Shown here piece by piece: positions 14,094 to 27,865 of a stretch of DNA of 64,000 nt (position 1 is its first letter; the number at the start of each line of letters is the position of its first letter). The stretch is taken from the NCBI RefSeq assembly GCF_026571515.1, contig NW_026859203.1, positions 124,001 to 188,000 on the forward strand. The letters run 5' to 3'. A model generated the notes under the pieces. It worked only from the letters and a program-made list of their open reading frames with translations. It did no database searches and had not been told where the DNA came from. Made by a program: the position numbers and the translations under genes. The DNA comes from Ruditapes philippinarum (lineage: Eukaryota).

Positions 14094-15562
14094 ATTTGTT
14101 TTTCTCCTTCACTGATAGGAAATTACAAGGGTATCTCCTGTAATTTATTTTAAAATTGTTGTAAATCTATTTAGAATACATCCCAAGTTTTTATTGTGAT
14201 CATATATTAATATTTAAGCTCAGTTATAGTAGATAAATGTATATTAGCGCTATTTTTTCACACCATTCCAATGAAACAAGGTTGTGCAATTCTATATTTT
14301 ATATTTAATAAATAAACAGTGAAAGTCAGATTTTAGCTAGTATTAGTGACCAAATGAAAAGGTATAAGCAAAATAACATTGTGTTTTGCTGCAAAACGAG
14401 AAGTTCCTTTACCTTTAAGAATAGGTAACATTATATTCTATATACATGTATAACAAGCCTCTTTGGCTTTATTACAAACAGTTTTTGGCTGAATTGTCTG
14501 CTTTCATTAAAGCTGAAAGAACATGCTACTAGCTTTCTTATTTAGTTAATGATAAAAATGTTGTAAATCCCTTTTGATGAATCAACCTTTGTGCTAACTT
14601 TTATCAAACAATTTTTTTGTTCGTTTTAAAAACATATTTTTGCATCGATGTAAATTTATCTTGATATAAGATATTGATAGCATATTTTATATTTGTATAT
14701 ATATTGACTATATATTTGTTCATAAAATGATATTTTTATTGTAAGTGCATGTTAATGCATATATAAGTTATTTGTATTGTTACACATGCTTGCCTTCACT
14801 GTGTTCTAATATATAAATTAATATATGGAACAGTTTACCTATATTTTATATAGAGATAACGGGGAAACTTGATCAATCAACTTAGTATATCATAATTAAC
14901 ATGTATATATGTGTGATCACGAGCGACCCGTGAATATATAATTATAACTATGTATACTTGAATATAATGTGAGTATATGTTTACATTAGGTATTTACATA
15001 TTATCAAACATTGTTAGTTCACCAATTCATCAGTTACAAGCACGCTTTCCACTGTAGTGCTAGGTGTTTTTAAAGTCAAGAAATGTATTTTTCAAATCCA
15101 CAATTGAAAAATATTGATTAGTAAGAACAGCTGTTTCAGTCGCGAAACACACAATGTAAACTATATACTTTAACAGGCTATTATACATGTATGAATAGCC
15201 GTAATTTTACAGTGACCTATCAAATCACAAAATAAATAGATCAGGTTTTTAAGATTACTTCTATTTATTGTTATGATTAAGTGAAGAATTATTTAAACTT
15301 CTTGTCCCGACCTAGCCTATTTACCAGTATAATTTAAACTGTGTTATATCATTATATATTATACACCATATTTGCAAACAGCATATATGTGATGACACAA
15401 AGTTTTTATAGTAAAGTTTTAATTTGTTTGTTTTTATATAACTGTCTCATGAAGCGTCTTTGCTCAGGTCACATCAGATGTACATATACATGCTATCTCT
15501 AGCATCATTATTTATATGTTGTTATATGTGTATTTTATTTATATATTGTGCTAATTTAAAAA

Positions 15563-15771
15563 TTGAGCCGCGTCACGACAAAACCAACATGGGTTTGCGA
15601 CCCGCGCAGTCTGATCAGGATCCATGCTGTTTGCTTACCAACTCTATTACAAGTGGAGAAACTGACAGTGAACAGCATGGGGTCCTGATCAGACTGCGCG
15701 GATGCGCAGGCTGGTCTGGGTCTATGCTGGTCGCAAACACACTATGTTGGTTTTGTCGTGACGCGGCTCAA
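15563..15771. mobile_element. MITE, copy 2 of 3
   Basis: Perfect TIR TTGAGCCGCGTCACGACAAAACCAACAT / ATGTTGGTTTTGTCGTGACGCGGCTCAA. Confidence 0.9.
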
Positions 15772-16491
15772 ATGTTTTACAGATTTCTAGTCACGATGAA
15801 CATGTTCACATGGAGATCATAACTTGAGGTTTTATGCCTTTAAAGTTTTCATGAGCAGGTTCCATAGACAGTTTTGAGTCAGTTTATTATTTAGGTCAAA
15901 TGTGTTATTATATTTTTTACTTTTTGAGCAAGTGTCGGCAAGTGATTTTCTTCAAGTGCACTATTAGTTCGTTATTTTTAGTTTTAAGTCGAAAATTCAT
16001 GAAAACTACTAGTACATAATGTATATGGTAGTATATATTCGTCATGCAAATGAATTTTTTTATCATACATTTGACATTGTTAAACCAGTTGAATATTTTG
16101 ATGAATAAAAATTGGCATCTAATGGCAACATAATTAGAACATGTAAATGAGGGAAGCACTGGAAATAATGACTAAACATATTCTATTTTGACTGATAAAA
16201 TAGGCAGCGTAACTGTTCTAGTCATTTGAACAAATATTATAATTATATAAGTCTACTATAAATCACTAGATTTGTTTTGCTAACAATGAACTTTGTTAAT
16301 CGTTCATCTGATTTTCATGTTTATAGTTTACATTAAATTATTTTTAAATAAACAAATTACAAATGTTTAGAATAATTTACATTATACACGCTAAGGGCAG
16401 GTAATTTTGGTTTTGCAAGCAGAATTATTCTGCTTGGGAAGAGTGATGTATTTAAACTGAGGATTTATCGTTTGATGACCTCCCATCTGCC

Positions 16492-16648
16492 GTATTTAGA
16501 ATAAGGACCTCACATTTGGGGTATTTAGAATAAGGACCTCACATTTGGGGTATTTAGAATAAGGACCTCACATTTGGGGTACAATGTATTTAAAATAAGG
16601 ACCTCACATTTGGGGTATAATGTATTTAAAATAATGACTTCATATTTG
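16492..16648. repeat. Short tandem repeat, ~29-36 bp unit (GTATTTAGAATAAGGACCTCACATTTGGG)
   Basis: Four clear copies plus one degenerate copy. Confidence 0.9.
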
Positions 16649-16977
16649 CACATTTTGCTTGTTATTCTCTACAGAAATGCTTTTTTTCAATGATTTTGAT
16701 TCATAGACAGTGTAAATGTTTGAGGTTTTATTCTTTATTTCATAGATATTGGGGATACATGATGTCTATTTTCTTGATATATTTCATTATATGAAATAAA
16801 GTGTTTTATATGAATATCGTGTTTTCATTTTTTTGTCTAGTGATGAACATTACGAACATTAAGTGTATTAAATTGCTTAAGAACATAATTGACTACAAGA
16901 ACAGTGGATGCAGGAGTGACAGCTGTGAAGGCCTGTTGTTAGGATTTTTAAAATAAATGGATAAAAATAAAACAATA

Positions 16978-17340
16978 CATAGAGGATATTCAAGTTTCTT
17001 TTCTATTAATACAATCGAGTGGTATGAAATATGGAAATTTTCATATCACAAGATGAAAATAAACCCTGTATGCATAGAAAAGAACTTGAATTTTCTGTTT
17101 ACTATATCGTACTTTTTCTCTTACTTGACCTTACAATTCTTAAGAATTCTCCTTTAGTTTTGTGTATTGGCTGAATTAAGAAGAAAGAAGTCCGGCAAGA
17201 CATCAGTGAAAATACGGAAAACATGTTTCACTGCCGTGAAAAATAATTTTTTACAGTGAAAATACGGAAAATGAAAATACTTATTTTATCTTATGAATGC
17301 TTCTCAATATTTCATTTATTGGTATAAAATAAATAGGTTT
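16978..17340. mobile_element. Non-autonomous element with terminal palindrome
   Basis: Inverted repeat 16981-17012 vs 17067-17098, followed by repeated GTGAAAATACGGAAAA motifs; right boundary approximate. Confidence 0.5.
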
Positions 17341-17800
17341 ATGGTTTATTCTTGCCGTTACTAGTTCAATCTGAACTGACATCAGTTAACACAATAAACA
17401 ATTTTGTCTATGGACGAAGTTAAAAGACTGGTACTAATAAGGCGTTGTTCTAATGACATTTCATACAACTCAACAGTGATAAATCGAATGTCGAGCTGAA
17501 TGTTTAATGTCGATCTCTGTGCAAACTTCATGGACTTTTTTAATAAGATATTTTAGCGTATTAAATATTAAATATTTTGAAGGCATTTAATAACTAGTAC
17601 ACTGTGCTATATTTATTATCATAAAGAAAATAACAATACAAGTGATAACGGTGTATATGTATACATCACTGTACCATCAACTCATCGATGTGACAGATGG
17701 TATATGTTTATATATTCTCTTAATGTATATACATGTATATACATACATTGTAGCTTAATATTACATCGGATACAACATAACAAATAATTGTAGAACAAGC

Positions 17801-20800
17801 ATGGATAATATAAACATGGATAACACAAAGGAAACTAATGGGAACCGGAAGTCAATTTCTGAAAAGGTCCGGACAATTTTACTCAACAATCTTCTTATAT
17901 TCCTTTTGATTCTGTCATTAATTCTGGGTATCGGACTTGGTACGGCTCTTCGGACAGTTCAACCACCACTCAAATCTCGGGATATCGGGTATCTACGATT
18001 TCCGGGTGATTTACTCATGAACATGTTATCATTTCTGATTGTTCCACTTATAATCTCCAGTCTCATTTCCGGTCTTTCATCGCTGGATACGCGTGCTTCC
18101 GGTAAGATAGGTCTTCGCGCCATAATATATTATTTAACAACAACATTGGCTGCGGTTATACTGGGTATTGTTTTGTCTGTGACCATACAGCCAGGGTCAC
18201 GTGGTGGAGATCCGGATGACATTATACAAGGTGATGGGGACCGAGTCGTCAATACTGTAGATACGTTCCTAGATCTCATCAGGTAGGTGTAATAGGTATA
18301 ATATGCACTGCGGTATACCGTACCCCGGATATTGCTCGATATAATGAGGACTTTCATCCCATTTCGCGACTTTGAACGAGGAAGGAAGGTAAGTTCAGTG
18401 ACGATATTTAGTCATTTTGAATTGGTTTGATATAAATTTTATAGAAAAACAAATACTTCGATAATTTCTCTAGTTACTGAAACCCCAAAAATGTTGAGAA
18501 ATAGCTTTGAAATGTAATTAGGAGGTAAAATTCGTCTCTTTGCTCACGTGATAAATGAGCTTGGATCAGTCAAATTTGATGTTTTTCTGCATATACTTCC
18601 TTAAAAGAAAAACTTGAATCGAGTGAAATGTGTTAATGATGATAATGTTTATGTTGTAAATGTTCAATCAACAATAGACCCTCAGATGACAGTGCATTTT
18701 GAGAATAAATACACATGTCAGTGTACCGAGTATTGCGTTGGAGTTGCCCGCCGGTGTCACGAGTATTGCCTTTAGTGTAACGAGTATTGGTTGTCAATAT
18801 CGAGTAAACACAGAGTATTTACCACATTTAATCTTAAATATATCTTATATTGTGTATACTTATTTACACTTTATGTGCAGAATAGGCAGGGTTCGGAGGT
18901 ACTGGAAACATCTGCGAATAATTTTTCATTCCTGTTCATGAAAAATCTCAGTCGAACGAACTCAGCAATTTTCTGTGTTTACAAAGTTCTCGTTGCTATC
19001 GAAGGAACAACCTTTCCAGAATTTGTTAATAATTATTGCATATCTTACTTTAAATAGTAAAAAAATGCATCCAAAGTGCATTAATGCTGCCTCAAGATTG
19101 TCAATAGTAGACGGTATTGAGCAAGTGTGTCACGGTTCAGAACTGTTCACTAATTCCCGGGACCCTCGGAATACCGTACCGCGGCTCTACCGACTGAGCT
19201 ATCCCGCCGCATACACATCATCACCCCGAAATAGTGAACAGTTCTGAACTTTCGGTCATTTTTCACCTGCACTTTAGCAACGGCAGACCGTCTGCACGTG
19301 AAAATTGTTACGTCATTAACAATGAGTTACCGTATGACTGTCGAGCGGGTACAGCTCAAAAACCGAATAATGGATTTTAATAAGATTATGATTAAAGGCA
19401 GCAGATGCAATAAAAAGGTTATGTTCTTTATAACCTTTCACCTCATAAAGGCGTGTTTTGAAGGCTTCACACCACACCCCTTTTGAGGCCTCAAATAGTG
19501 TAAAACATGCACTATTTAGGCCCCAAACACCGGTTTTGTCGTTTGAAAAATGTTGTTTAAAAGAGTGATCATATTTTCGGCGCAACCCCCATTAAAGAGG
19601 TACACCAAGGGGTTGCCACAAAGGGGATGTGCCCCCTTCTGTTTGAAGGGGGGCAGTAGCCCCTCTAATCGCCGAGAAGATTTGGGACTTGTGGGGGGGA
19701 GTAAAATGGCCTCAGGTCGATTTAAAGATGCCGTGTAATCAACGCCGAAAAGCCTTAGACTTTATCTCAATCAATTGAGAAGTTGCTGCACATTGAAATC
19801 AGTTTTTATGGGAAAAAAAAACAACGCAAAAAAGAGATTTCTGGCAATTTTGAGACGTCCTCCCGTTGCCATGGTAACTGGAAATTTAAAATTGAGCATG
19901 CTATTCCACAGGCCATGGTCCAGCCAACATTTGTGCCCATTTTGATCAGTATTGAAGCATTTTATTTTTGTTTCAAAGCAGATTGAACTTGTAACAGGAG
20001 GCTTAACTCGTGGGGCGTCCGTGGCCGAGTGGTTAAGGTCGTTGACTTCAAACCACTAGCCCCTCACCGCTGTGGGTTCGAATCCCGACAGGGACTTTGG
20101 ATTCTTTCATGTGAGGAAGCTATCCAGCTAGCTTACGGAACGTCGGTGGTTCTACTCAGGTGCCCGTTTGTGCCTGAAATAATGCACGAAAGGGCACCTG
20201 AGGTCTTCCGCCACCAGTAAAGCTGGAACGTCGCGATATGACCTTTACTGTGTCGATGTGACGTAAGGACCCAAACAAACAAACAAACTAATCAATGAAA
20301 AAAGCCATTTTTCGCAATATGCTCATGCAGTAAAAGGTTAAGACGATACCGGCATTTTTGGACGGCATAAGCCCGCGGGCCAATATTTTTCTACCTGTGT
20401 CAATATGTTTCTTAAGGCAAACTTGTCCTGTAAACACCTATTATTAATGTCATCTAAATATGTTTTTTATTCTTCTTCTTTTCAGAAACACATTTTCTTG
20501 AGACATGTACTTAAAGATTTTGTCGTCAATTTTGATGGTTCTACCCTGCTTCCGACCCTGCTTCCGACCCTGTACACACTTTATTTCATCCAATGTGTGA
20601 TTTTCAATCAAATGGGAAATTAAATCTCTGATTTGCCCGTAAAAAAAGAACAGTAATAACACTGAAAATGCATTGTTGAATCTGAAATATTTTAATAAAT
20701 ATCACATAAACAGTACATTATCAGCAAAATAAAATGGAATCGATAAACAGACGTATAAATAGGCAAAAATATCGATTTTCCATACTAATGTGCTCATTCT

Positions 20801-23800
20801 GTTTTGCAATACACTGTACACTTAAGTTGGGATATTTTGCAATACTCTGTACACTTAAAATCAATACTCGGTACACTTTCTTCTATCTTTTTTGGCCTGT
20901 ATCTTTTTGTACTTTCACACTTTTTGCCTGAAATTTGAACACAGCATACTTGGATTGTGAATAAAAAAATTGCTCGATTCAATTTTTTTTATATTGGTAA
21001 TATTATAATTTCTAACGATTCTACAGTATCGCGGTCAGTATTTTCTAGTGAGCAGCGGATCGTTTAGGGGTAGTTTAATCAATTTTACAAATACCTGTAA
21101 TACCTTTATGTCTTTTAGAGCTACAAAAATACCTCTAGATATATAAAACCAGTTTAGATAGATGAAATGGCCATTAGTTTGGAAAATATCGTTACTGAAC
21201 TAACCTTCGTTCCCCGTTCAAAGTCGCGAAATGGTATGAAAGTCCTCATAATATCGAGCAATATCCGGGGTACGGTATACCGCAGTGATATGATGCCATT
21301 AAAAATTATTTTTTATAATTGCTAGCACGTCTTAATTAATAAAGAATTAACTAATTCTGTGTAAATGATAGTTTTAAATGATTTCAAACTTCATTAGATT
21401 TATTAAATAGACGTTAATCCATAAATCTAAAATATAGTGTTTTTTATTTCGTTTCTGATTTCCCCATAAAAATGTCCGGCGGGATATGAATTTTTATAGT
21501 ATTTTCTGTAAAATTGTCGTTATGTGTTACCTCAATTGAAAACGATTAGCGTCAGGCGACTTTCTTACTCCACAAACAACATGTATTTGAATTGAACTGA
21601 TATTATAAAGTTTTTCAAAAATCATGTGATGCGAATATTGTTATGTTGTGTATGCAATTTGATATGACAGTTTCTTGAAATTCTGAGTTTTGTTTAATTA
21701 AACGCGTTTGATACCAAGAATTAAAATGACACTTTAAACATTACCATTCAAAGTTGTTATGTTCTGTTCATTAATACGAATTTATATTTTTATCTATGTC
21801 CTGAGAACATTTTTATGATAGATATAACAACTACATGTATTTTTATTCGTTTAATTTTGTTCCTTACATTATTCAGGCAATGTTTTCCAGATAACATCGT
21901 AGAAATGTGTTTTAAAAAGGTAAATATAACGAACAATCCGTAAAATTAAAATTAAGCCGTGTCACGACAAAACAAACAAAATGGGTTTGCGACCAGCATG
22001 GATCCAGACGAGCCTGCGCATCCGCGCAGTCTGATCAGGATCCATGCTGTTCGCTATCAGTTTCTCTACTTGTTATAGGGTTTGTAAGCGAACAACATGG
22101 ATCCTGATCAGACTGCCCATCCGCGCAGTCTGATCAGGATCCATGCTGGTCGCAAACCCATTATGTTGGTTTTGTTGTGACGCGGCTCAAATGCTCTTTG
22201 TGATATCAAAATTAAAATGCCCTTACTGCCCTAAAATGACTAATATAAAATTAACTAATAATCAATTTAACTCCTTTTTCACGCAGTCTGTTCTCAAACA
22301 TTATAAAATGCATAATATAATTGTCATATAAGCATGTATATTTAGAACTTACTTTTTTACAGACTCTAACAGAGCAAGTCTTGAAAAATGATACAACTGG
22401 GAAGACGGTTGATGACGTCAACACAACAACCGTATCCATGGTGACGACAAATAATCCCGACGGGACAGTCACCCCAGACAATGGCATAATGGTTGGTAAG
22501 TATTTCTAAAAGTCATCAACGTTTAGTTTTTAAATTACTTTGATTTGTTTTTCTTATATTGAATTGAAAAAAGAAGAAACCATGTAAATTCCAAGAAAAA
22601 AATTAACACACAAAACTGTTTTCCTAAATCGTTTAATAATTTTTATACAATTATCTAATAAAAAGACTGCACTAAAGGAATTTAACTTATAAAAAAGATC
22701 GTATTTTGATTGTCTTCACAGAGCCTGTGAAAGTATATGAGCCAATGTTGGTGAAACAAGATGGTATAAACGTGCTAGGTATGGTTGTGTTCTCAGTATT
22801 TCTCGGTGTGATCCTCGGTAAGATGGGACCTCGTGGGAAACCTCTTATTGACCTGTTTGATTGTATCTGTGAGTCCACCATGATCCTTGTCAAACTTGTT
22901 ATATGGTAGGTATAAGATGATTTCAGCGGACACACTATGACCTTTGTCATGCTTGTTACATTGATCTATATATCATTTTGGTCCTAGACTTTTACCTTAG
23001 TTGTGGTTAGGTAGGTAGTTGATTATAGTCAACATATATCTCAGGTATTTTAAAATGTGTTGCTATGAGTGTCGAGTTTAATACATAATACATTTGTAAC
23101 ATGAATAGATGTATGATATGTGTTTTCACATTGTCATAGCAATAATTTCCAGAACAATATATTGCAGGTATTCTCCTATAGGGATTATGTGTCTAATAGC
23201 AGCCAAGGTTGTGGAAATAGACGATCTGGGAAAAACATTTGAACAACTTGCATTCTATTTTCTCACCGTGATGCTGGGTCTATTTCTGCACGGGTTTCTC
23301 ACGTTACCTCTCTTATATTTCGTTATTGTCAGGAAGAATCCGTTCTTATATTTGTATGGCGTCTTAGAGGCTATTGTGACAGCTCTTGCTACTGCATCCA
23401 GGTAATACTTGTCATTGATTTCTACATTGTTGTAAAGATTTGATGGAAAGTTTAGGCAAGTGTAGTACAGCAAAAGATAACTACATGTGCTATTATATCA
23501 CATATAGTTCGTCAAATATTGATATCAAATATTGACTGTGTCTGTTAACACATAAATTGTATTTTTTTTATAAATTCTGACCTTTTTGAAGAAAAAACAA
23601 CAACACATTTCAAGCAAGTTTTAATAAAGGCCTTGTAACAAGTTGTCCTTTATTTAAGTTCTGCCACAATGCCTGTAACAATGAGATGTTTAGAGGATAG
23701 GAACGGTGTTGACAGCAGAGTTGTTAAGTTTGTTATCCCGGTAGGGGCGACAATCAATATGGATGGTACAGCACTGTATGAAGCAGTTGCCGTTCTTTTT

Positions 23801-24811
23801 ATTGGACAAATGCGAGGTTTCGATATGGATATAGGACGCATCATCACAATAAGGTAATGTGCATGTATACTTGAGTTTTTTGAAAACCGTTCGATACAGT
23901 AAACTTGCTGCCAACCTTCACCGATATTATCAAGCTGTACTTAATATACCAATAATAAAGTCTGAAAATTTTTCGAAAATAAGGCAATTTTTAAGAAAAT
24001 TTGTTTTAACTGCTCCTTATCGATTCTTGAATTTTTAAACAAATTCCTGGGAAGGAATTCGGGAAAATATAAGGCCCTGTTAACAATGATTGTGAATTAT
24101 CTGTCAAATAAAAGCAAATTTTAAAATGCAAGGGCAGATAACTCGAGGTTCCGCGTAATATGTTTCTGTTATTAATCTGTATTCTAGGATTCAATTGTTT
24201 AAATATATTTTTCATCTTGTTTTTATTGTCTGATAATTCTGTTGATTCGTTATAGTGTGACAGCTACAGCGGCTGCTATCGGTGCAGCGGGCGTTCCACA
24301 AGCCGGCCTTGTTACCATGGTAATTGTATTGTCTGCTGTCGGGTTTCCAACTGAAGATGTCGCTCTTATATTAGCAGTTGACTGGTTGTTGTAAGTCAGC
24401 TACAGTACTGTGTGTCATTTAGTATTTGAGTATCTGGAAAACGCGAATCATAAATAATTTCATTTTATCGTCAGATGTTCATACTCGCATTTTGCGTTCA
24501 TCATCTGATTTTCAACTTTATACCCCTAGACCAAATACTGAACAATTTCGTAAGTCTTTTGTTTATTCTGGATCTTGTATTTGGAATGGCCTTCCTGATT
24601 ATATTAAGTCTGCTACATCTGTTAACCATTTTAAAACCTTATACTTGAGGTTTTATCACACATTGATGTATACAAATTGATAATCTCCTGTATGTTTTTA
24701 CATTTATGTATTTTAATAGTTTGAATATGTTAAATTTATATTGTTCCTTGTTGAGGGCCTCATGGAAGATTGATATGTTTGTTCAAATGAGTTCTCTCGT
24801 TAAATAAAGTC

Positions 24812-24862
<51 letters not shown>

Positions 24863-25492
24863 TATTATTATTATTATTATTATAACTATGTTAATTGATA
24901 CGCTTGATTCCTGTAGGATCAATAAGCATTGGTGCAAGACAATGTTTTCCCCCTTTTTTACTTGGATTGTTTAACCCTGGTAATTTCCCTGTTTTCTCAA
25001 TATTCAATTGAAACATTGAATATTTGTTCACTTTCAATATTGGTATAAATGTCTAAAGGGCAGACAGCATAAGATACAGTATGATAAGTACTAGAAGTTC
25101 CTTTTTTATATATTTTCCCTGATATTCTTAAAAGTTCTTAAAAGCCATGTAAGACATTTATATACTTTCAAGGGTAGCTAGTTTTGCAGATGATTATAGC
25201 CACTTTTCTACTTTGCTTTCCTTCTTTGACACGTTCTATGATATATTTCAGGGATCGTTTTAGGACGGCCATTAATGTTCTAGGTGATGCATTTGGTGCC
25301 GGTATCGTACATCATCTATCACGTGACGAACTCCAGAAACTCGACAACTACTCAAAGTCAGAAGCCTCAAATACGGTGCCGGGGAGCACTAGATCTACAG
25401 AAAATAATGCATTATTAAATGACAACACACGGTATAAAAACTACAGTGGAACTGACAACGACGGTTACATAGAAAAGGAAGAGGAAACTTGA
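17801..25492 (+). CDS. SLC1A: Excitatory amino acid transporter (SLC1/EAAT family), complete, ~548 aa
   Basis: Exons 17801-18282, 21877-21919, 22363-22495, 22722-22905, 23168-23401, 23659-23853, 24256-24390, 25252-25492 (1647 nt, GT-AG, in frame). Motifs FPGDLLM, TASSSATMP (HP1), [13 protein letters not shown] (TM7), [10 protein letters not shown] (HP2), [18 protein letters not shown] (TM8; the Arg indicates an acidic amino acid substrate rather than ASCT type). Confidence 0.96.
18306..21287. mobile_element. Non-autonomous DNA transposon, 104-bp TIRs, 5-bp TSD (Transib/RAG-like signature)
   Basis: TIRs 18306-18409 and 21184-21287 (first 37 bp perfect, 6 mismatches overall); ends CACTGCG...CGCAGTG; ATATG duplicated at 18301-18305 and 21288-21292; no transposase ORF. 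Superfamily is inferred. Confidence 0.9.
20012..20288 (+). mobile_element. tRNA-derived SINE nested in the DNA transposon
   Basis: A box TGGCCGAGTGG, B box GGTTCGAATCC, ~190-nt tRNA-unrelated body, (CAAA)n tail. Confidence 0.9.
21952..22190. mobile_element. MITE, copy 3 of 3 (EAAT intron 2)
   Basis: Same TIR and internal GGATCC-containing inverted repeats as 13871 and 15563. Confidence 0.88.
24430..24883 (+). mobile_element. 5'-truncated LINE 3' end (CR1/L2-like) with (TTA)n tail
   Basis: ORF remnant [40 protein letters not shown] is typical of the post-RT C-terminus; followed by 3'UTR, AATAAA at ~24803 and a (TTA)n run 24812-24883. Confidence 0.8.
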
Positions 25493-27311
25493 AATTATAT
25501 CAAATGTGTACATTGATACTGATATTATATTGTTAATGGGGTAATGCCATATAGATGTACTCTGTTTATAAGGAAAGGCATGACGTGAGGCTTGTATGAC
25601 CGTCAACATAAACCCAAAGGGTAGGCCCGGTGACCTCACATGCCTCTTAATTCCTTTGTTAAACATTTATATTGTACATTATGCTATTTTACACTCATCC
25701 GATTTCCGGTTGCGTGTGTGTCCATGCGTAGTGTGCATGTTTAAGAAGTATATTCATTACGAGGCATGATGGAATTTCAAAATACATTGTTGTTACAAAT
25801 GACCATGATAACCACCATAAGTAGATAATGTGTCGGGTGCAGGGCCGGGTCAAAGGAGAAAATTTTACTTACATCTTATTTTCATAATCTATTACATTGT
25901 TTACATAACACGATTATATTTGATCCAAAGTCAATGATAGCATTGCACGAAAATACCATATCAAAAGTTCAAAAGATAACACTAATGTTTGACAACCTGA
26001 AGTCCATTTTCTTAGGTTACGTTCTATGGACACCTGACTAGTTATCTTAAATAATGCTTCAACTTTATAATTATATTTTGTTAATTCAGCCTATCACTAA
26101 TACTAACTTTAGCATTTTGCTGTGTATAAACTACTGTATAGCGATTAAGTGTTAAAATAAAAAACCAACAAATATTATGTATGATATTATAAAATCAGTT
26201 GTCAGTTGATATATTCATAATAACTTTGATATATATTTTTGCGATTTGATTTGATTAAAAACATATGATAATAGAGGGCTAATGCTTCTTTGTTCGTGCA
26301 TTTAAATATGTAGAAGCACGCGCTTATAGCGATATTCTTACATAAATGTATACCTCTAAATCGGTAATTCATTGTTTTGTTGTCTGTGTTTCGTATAAAG
26401 AAAAATGGTTTCCAATTGAGGACTGCTCCCATTCTGACTAAAGTTCAGATCTACTTATTTATTTTATGTAGATCTGATGACGAACGTATATGTTTCGCCT
26501 TCTTTATTAAAAAGCTATTTTTAGCCATGCAATCAAACCGGTTTTTACATAGGCATTAGAAGAAGTATCAAAATACCGTTATCCGTGGAAGTTAAACAAA
26601 TTGTTGATTTTTGTTAGAAAAAAAAATGTTTGAAGTAATTTTTAACAAATTAACTTGAAATAATAGAGTCAATTTTTAATGGGCAAGATTGTTTTGCCAG
26701 TTTACCTGTCGGCTATATGGACAACGCCATGTTTGTTCTCGAAATCGTGAAAATTACCTACTCAGTATTGGTTTTCCCAGGGTTAAAATTAGAAACCACA
26801 TCGCTTTCAAAATTATGAAAGCTCGCCGATGATTGGCTGTGTGAAAGGTCACCAGAAATGATTTCGTATTTGGTCACGGTCAGATCTAAAAGCGGAGCGT
26901 TATTTAGAGCTGAACTTTAATCAGATTGCAATTCTACGATAGTAAAACTACCGGGTTTGTCATAAAGCTCTTTTTTATATTGCGCCCTTAGTCAATCATG
27001 TTTAAAACGTGCAACACGTGAATCAATTTATACCTTCGAGAGCAGTTTTAAAACTGTCCCTTGTAATTCTTCTAAGAATGGATACGCATAGTTTGTATTG
27101 TATTTTATTTAAAATTTTATATTTATGTATATGTATAGATGAGACTATAATAAAAAATAAACTGAAGGCTTTACATTGTCCATCACCGGAGTATACATGT
27201 TTTTCAATCACAGACGTTTATTCAATCATTGTGAAAAGAGATACATTGTCAATAATAGGAACATATATTAATTTAACCAATGTAAGAATGCATACGGTCA
27301 ATTGAATTACA

Positions 27312-27485
27312 TTCATTCAATGTTAGAAATATCAATGGTCAATCTTTGGAGTATATTCAATCAATGATAGAAATATCCATGGTCATTCTTTGGAGTCTAT
27401 TCAGTCAATGATATAAGTATCAATGGATAATCTTTGGAGTGTAATCCACCAAATATAGAAATATCCATGGTCAATCTTTGGAGTG
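27312..27485. repeat. Tandem repeat, ~43 bp unit (TAGAAATATCCATGGTCAATCTTTGGAGT...)
   Basis: About 4 imperfect copies. Confidence 0.8.
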
Positions 27486-27504
27486 CATCATTTCAAAATT
27501 TTAA

Positions 27505-27865
27505 TAGTTTCATGCAAATGATTAAAAACAAACATCATTTAGTAGTTTAAACGTTCTGGACTTTTTATATATATTGCCTTAATGTGTGACCTTGACCTTG
27601 AGTGTAGCGATCTCATTATTGTTCTCTGAACATTGTCTTATATTAGTGATCATTTGTGCCAAGGTATTTAAAAATATTTCATTACTTTAAAAGTTATGAA
27701 GCGGACACGAAATGATGACTTTTTTACAATTGACCAAGAGTGCCTTGACCTTCGGGGTAGCGACCTGGTTGTTGCGCCTTGCACATCGCCTCATAATGGT
27801 GATTATTTATTTAAAAAAAAACTTTTCATTAGTTAAGTTATGGAGTTGACATGGAGCGGACACTG
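27505..27865. mobile_element. Degenerate HINE/Helentron-type repeat fragment
   Basis: Two ~160-bp units with TGACCTTGACCTT and AAGTTATGGAGCGGACAC-like motifs. Confidence 0.55.

Noticed and set aside
20012-20095. Possible tRNA gene
   Set aside because: Followed by a SINE body and (CAAA)n tail, and the acceptor stem does not close properly; treated as a SINE head.
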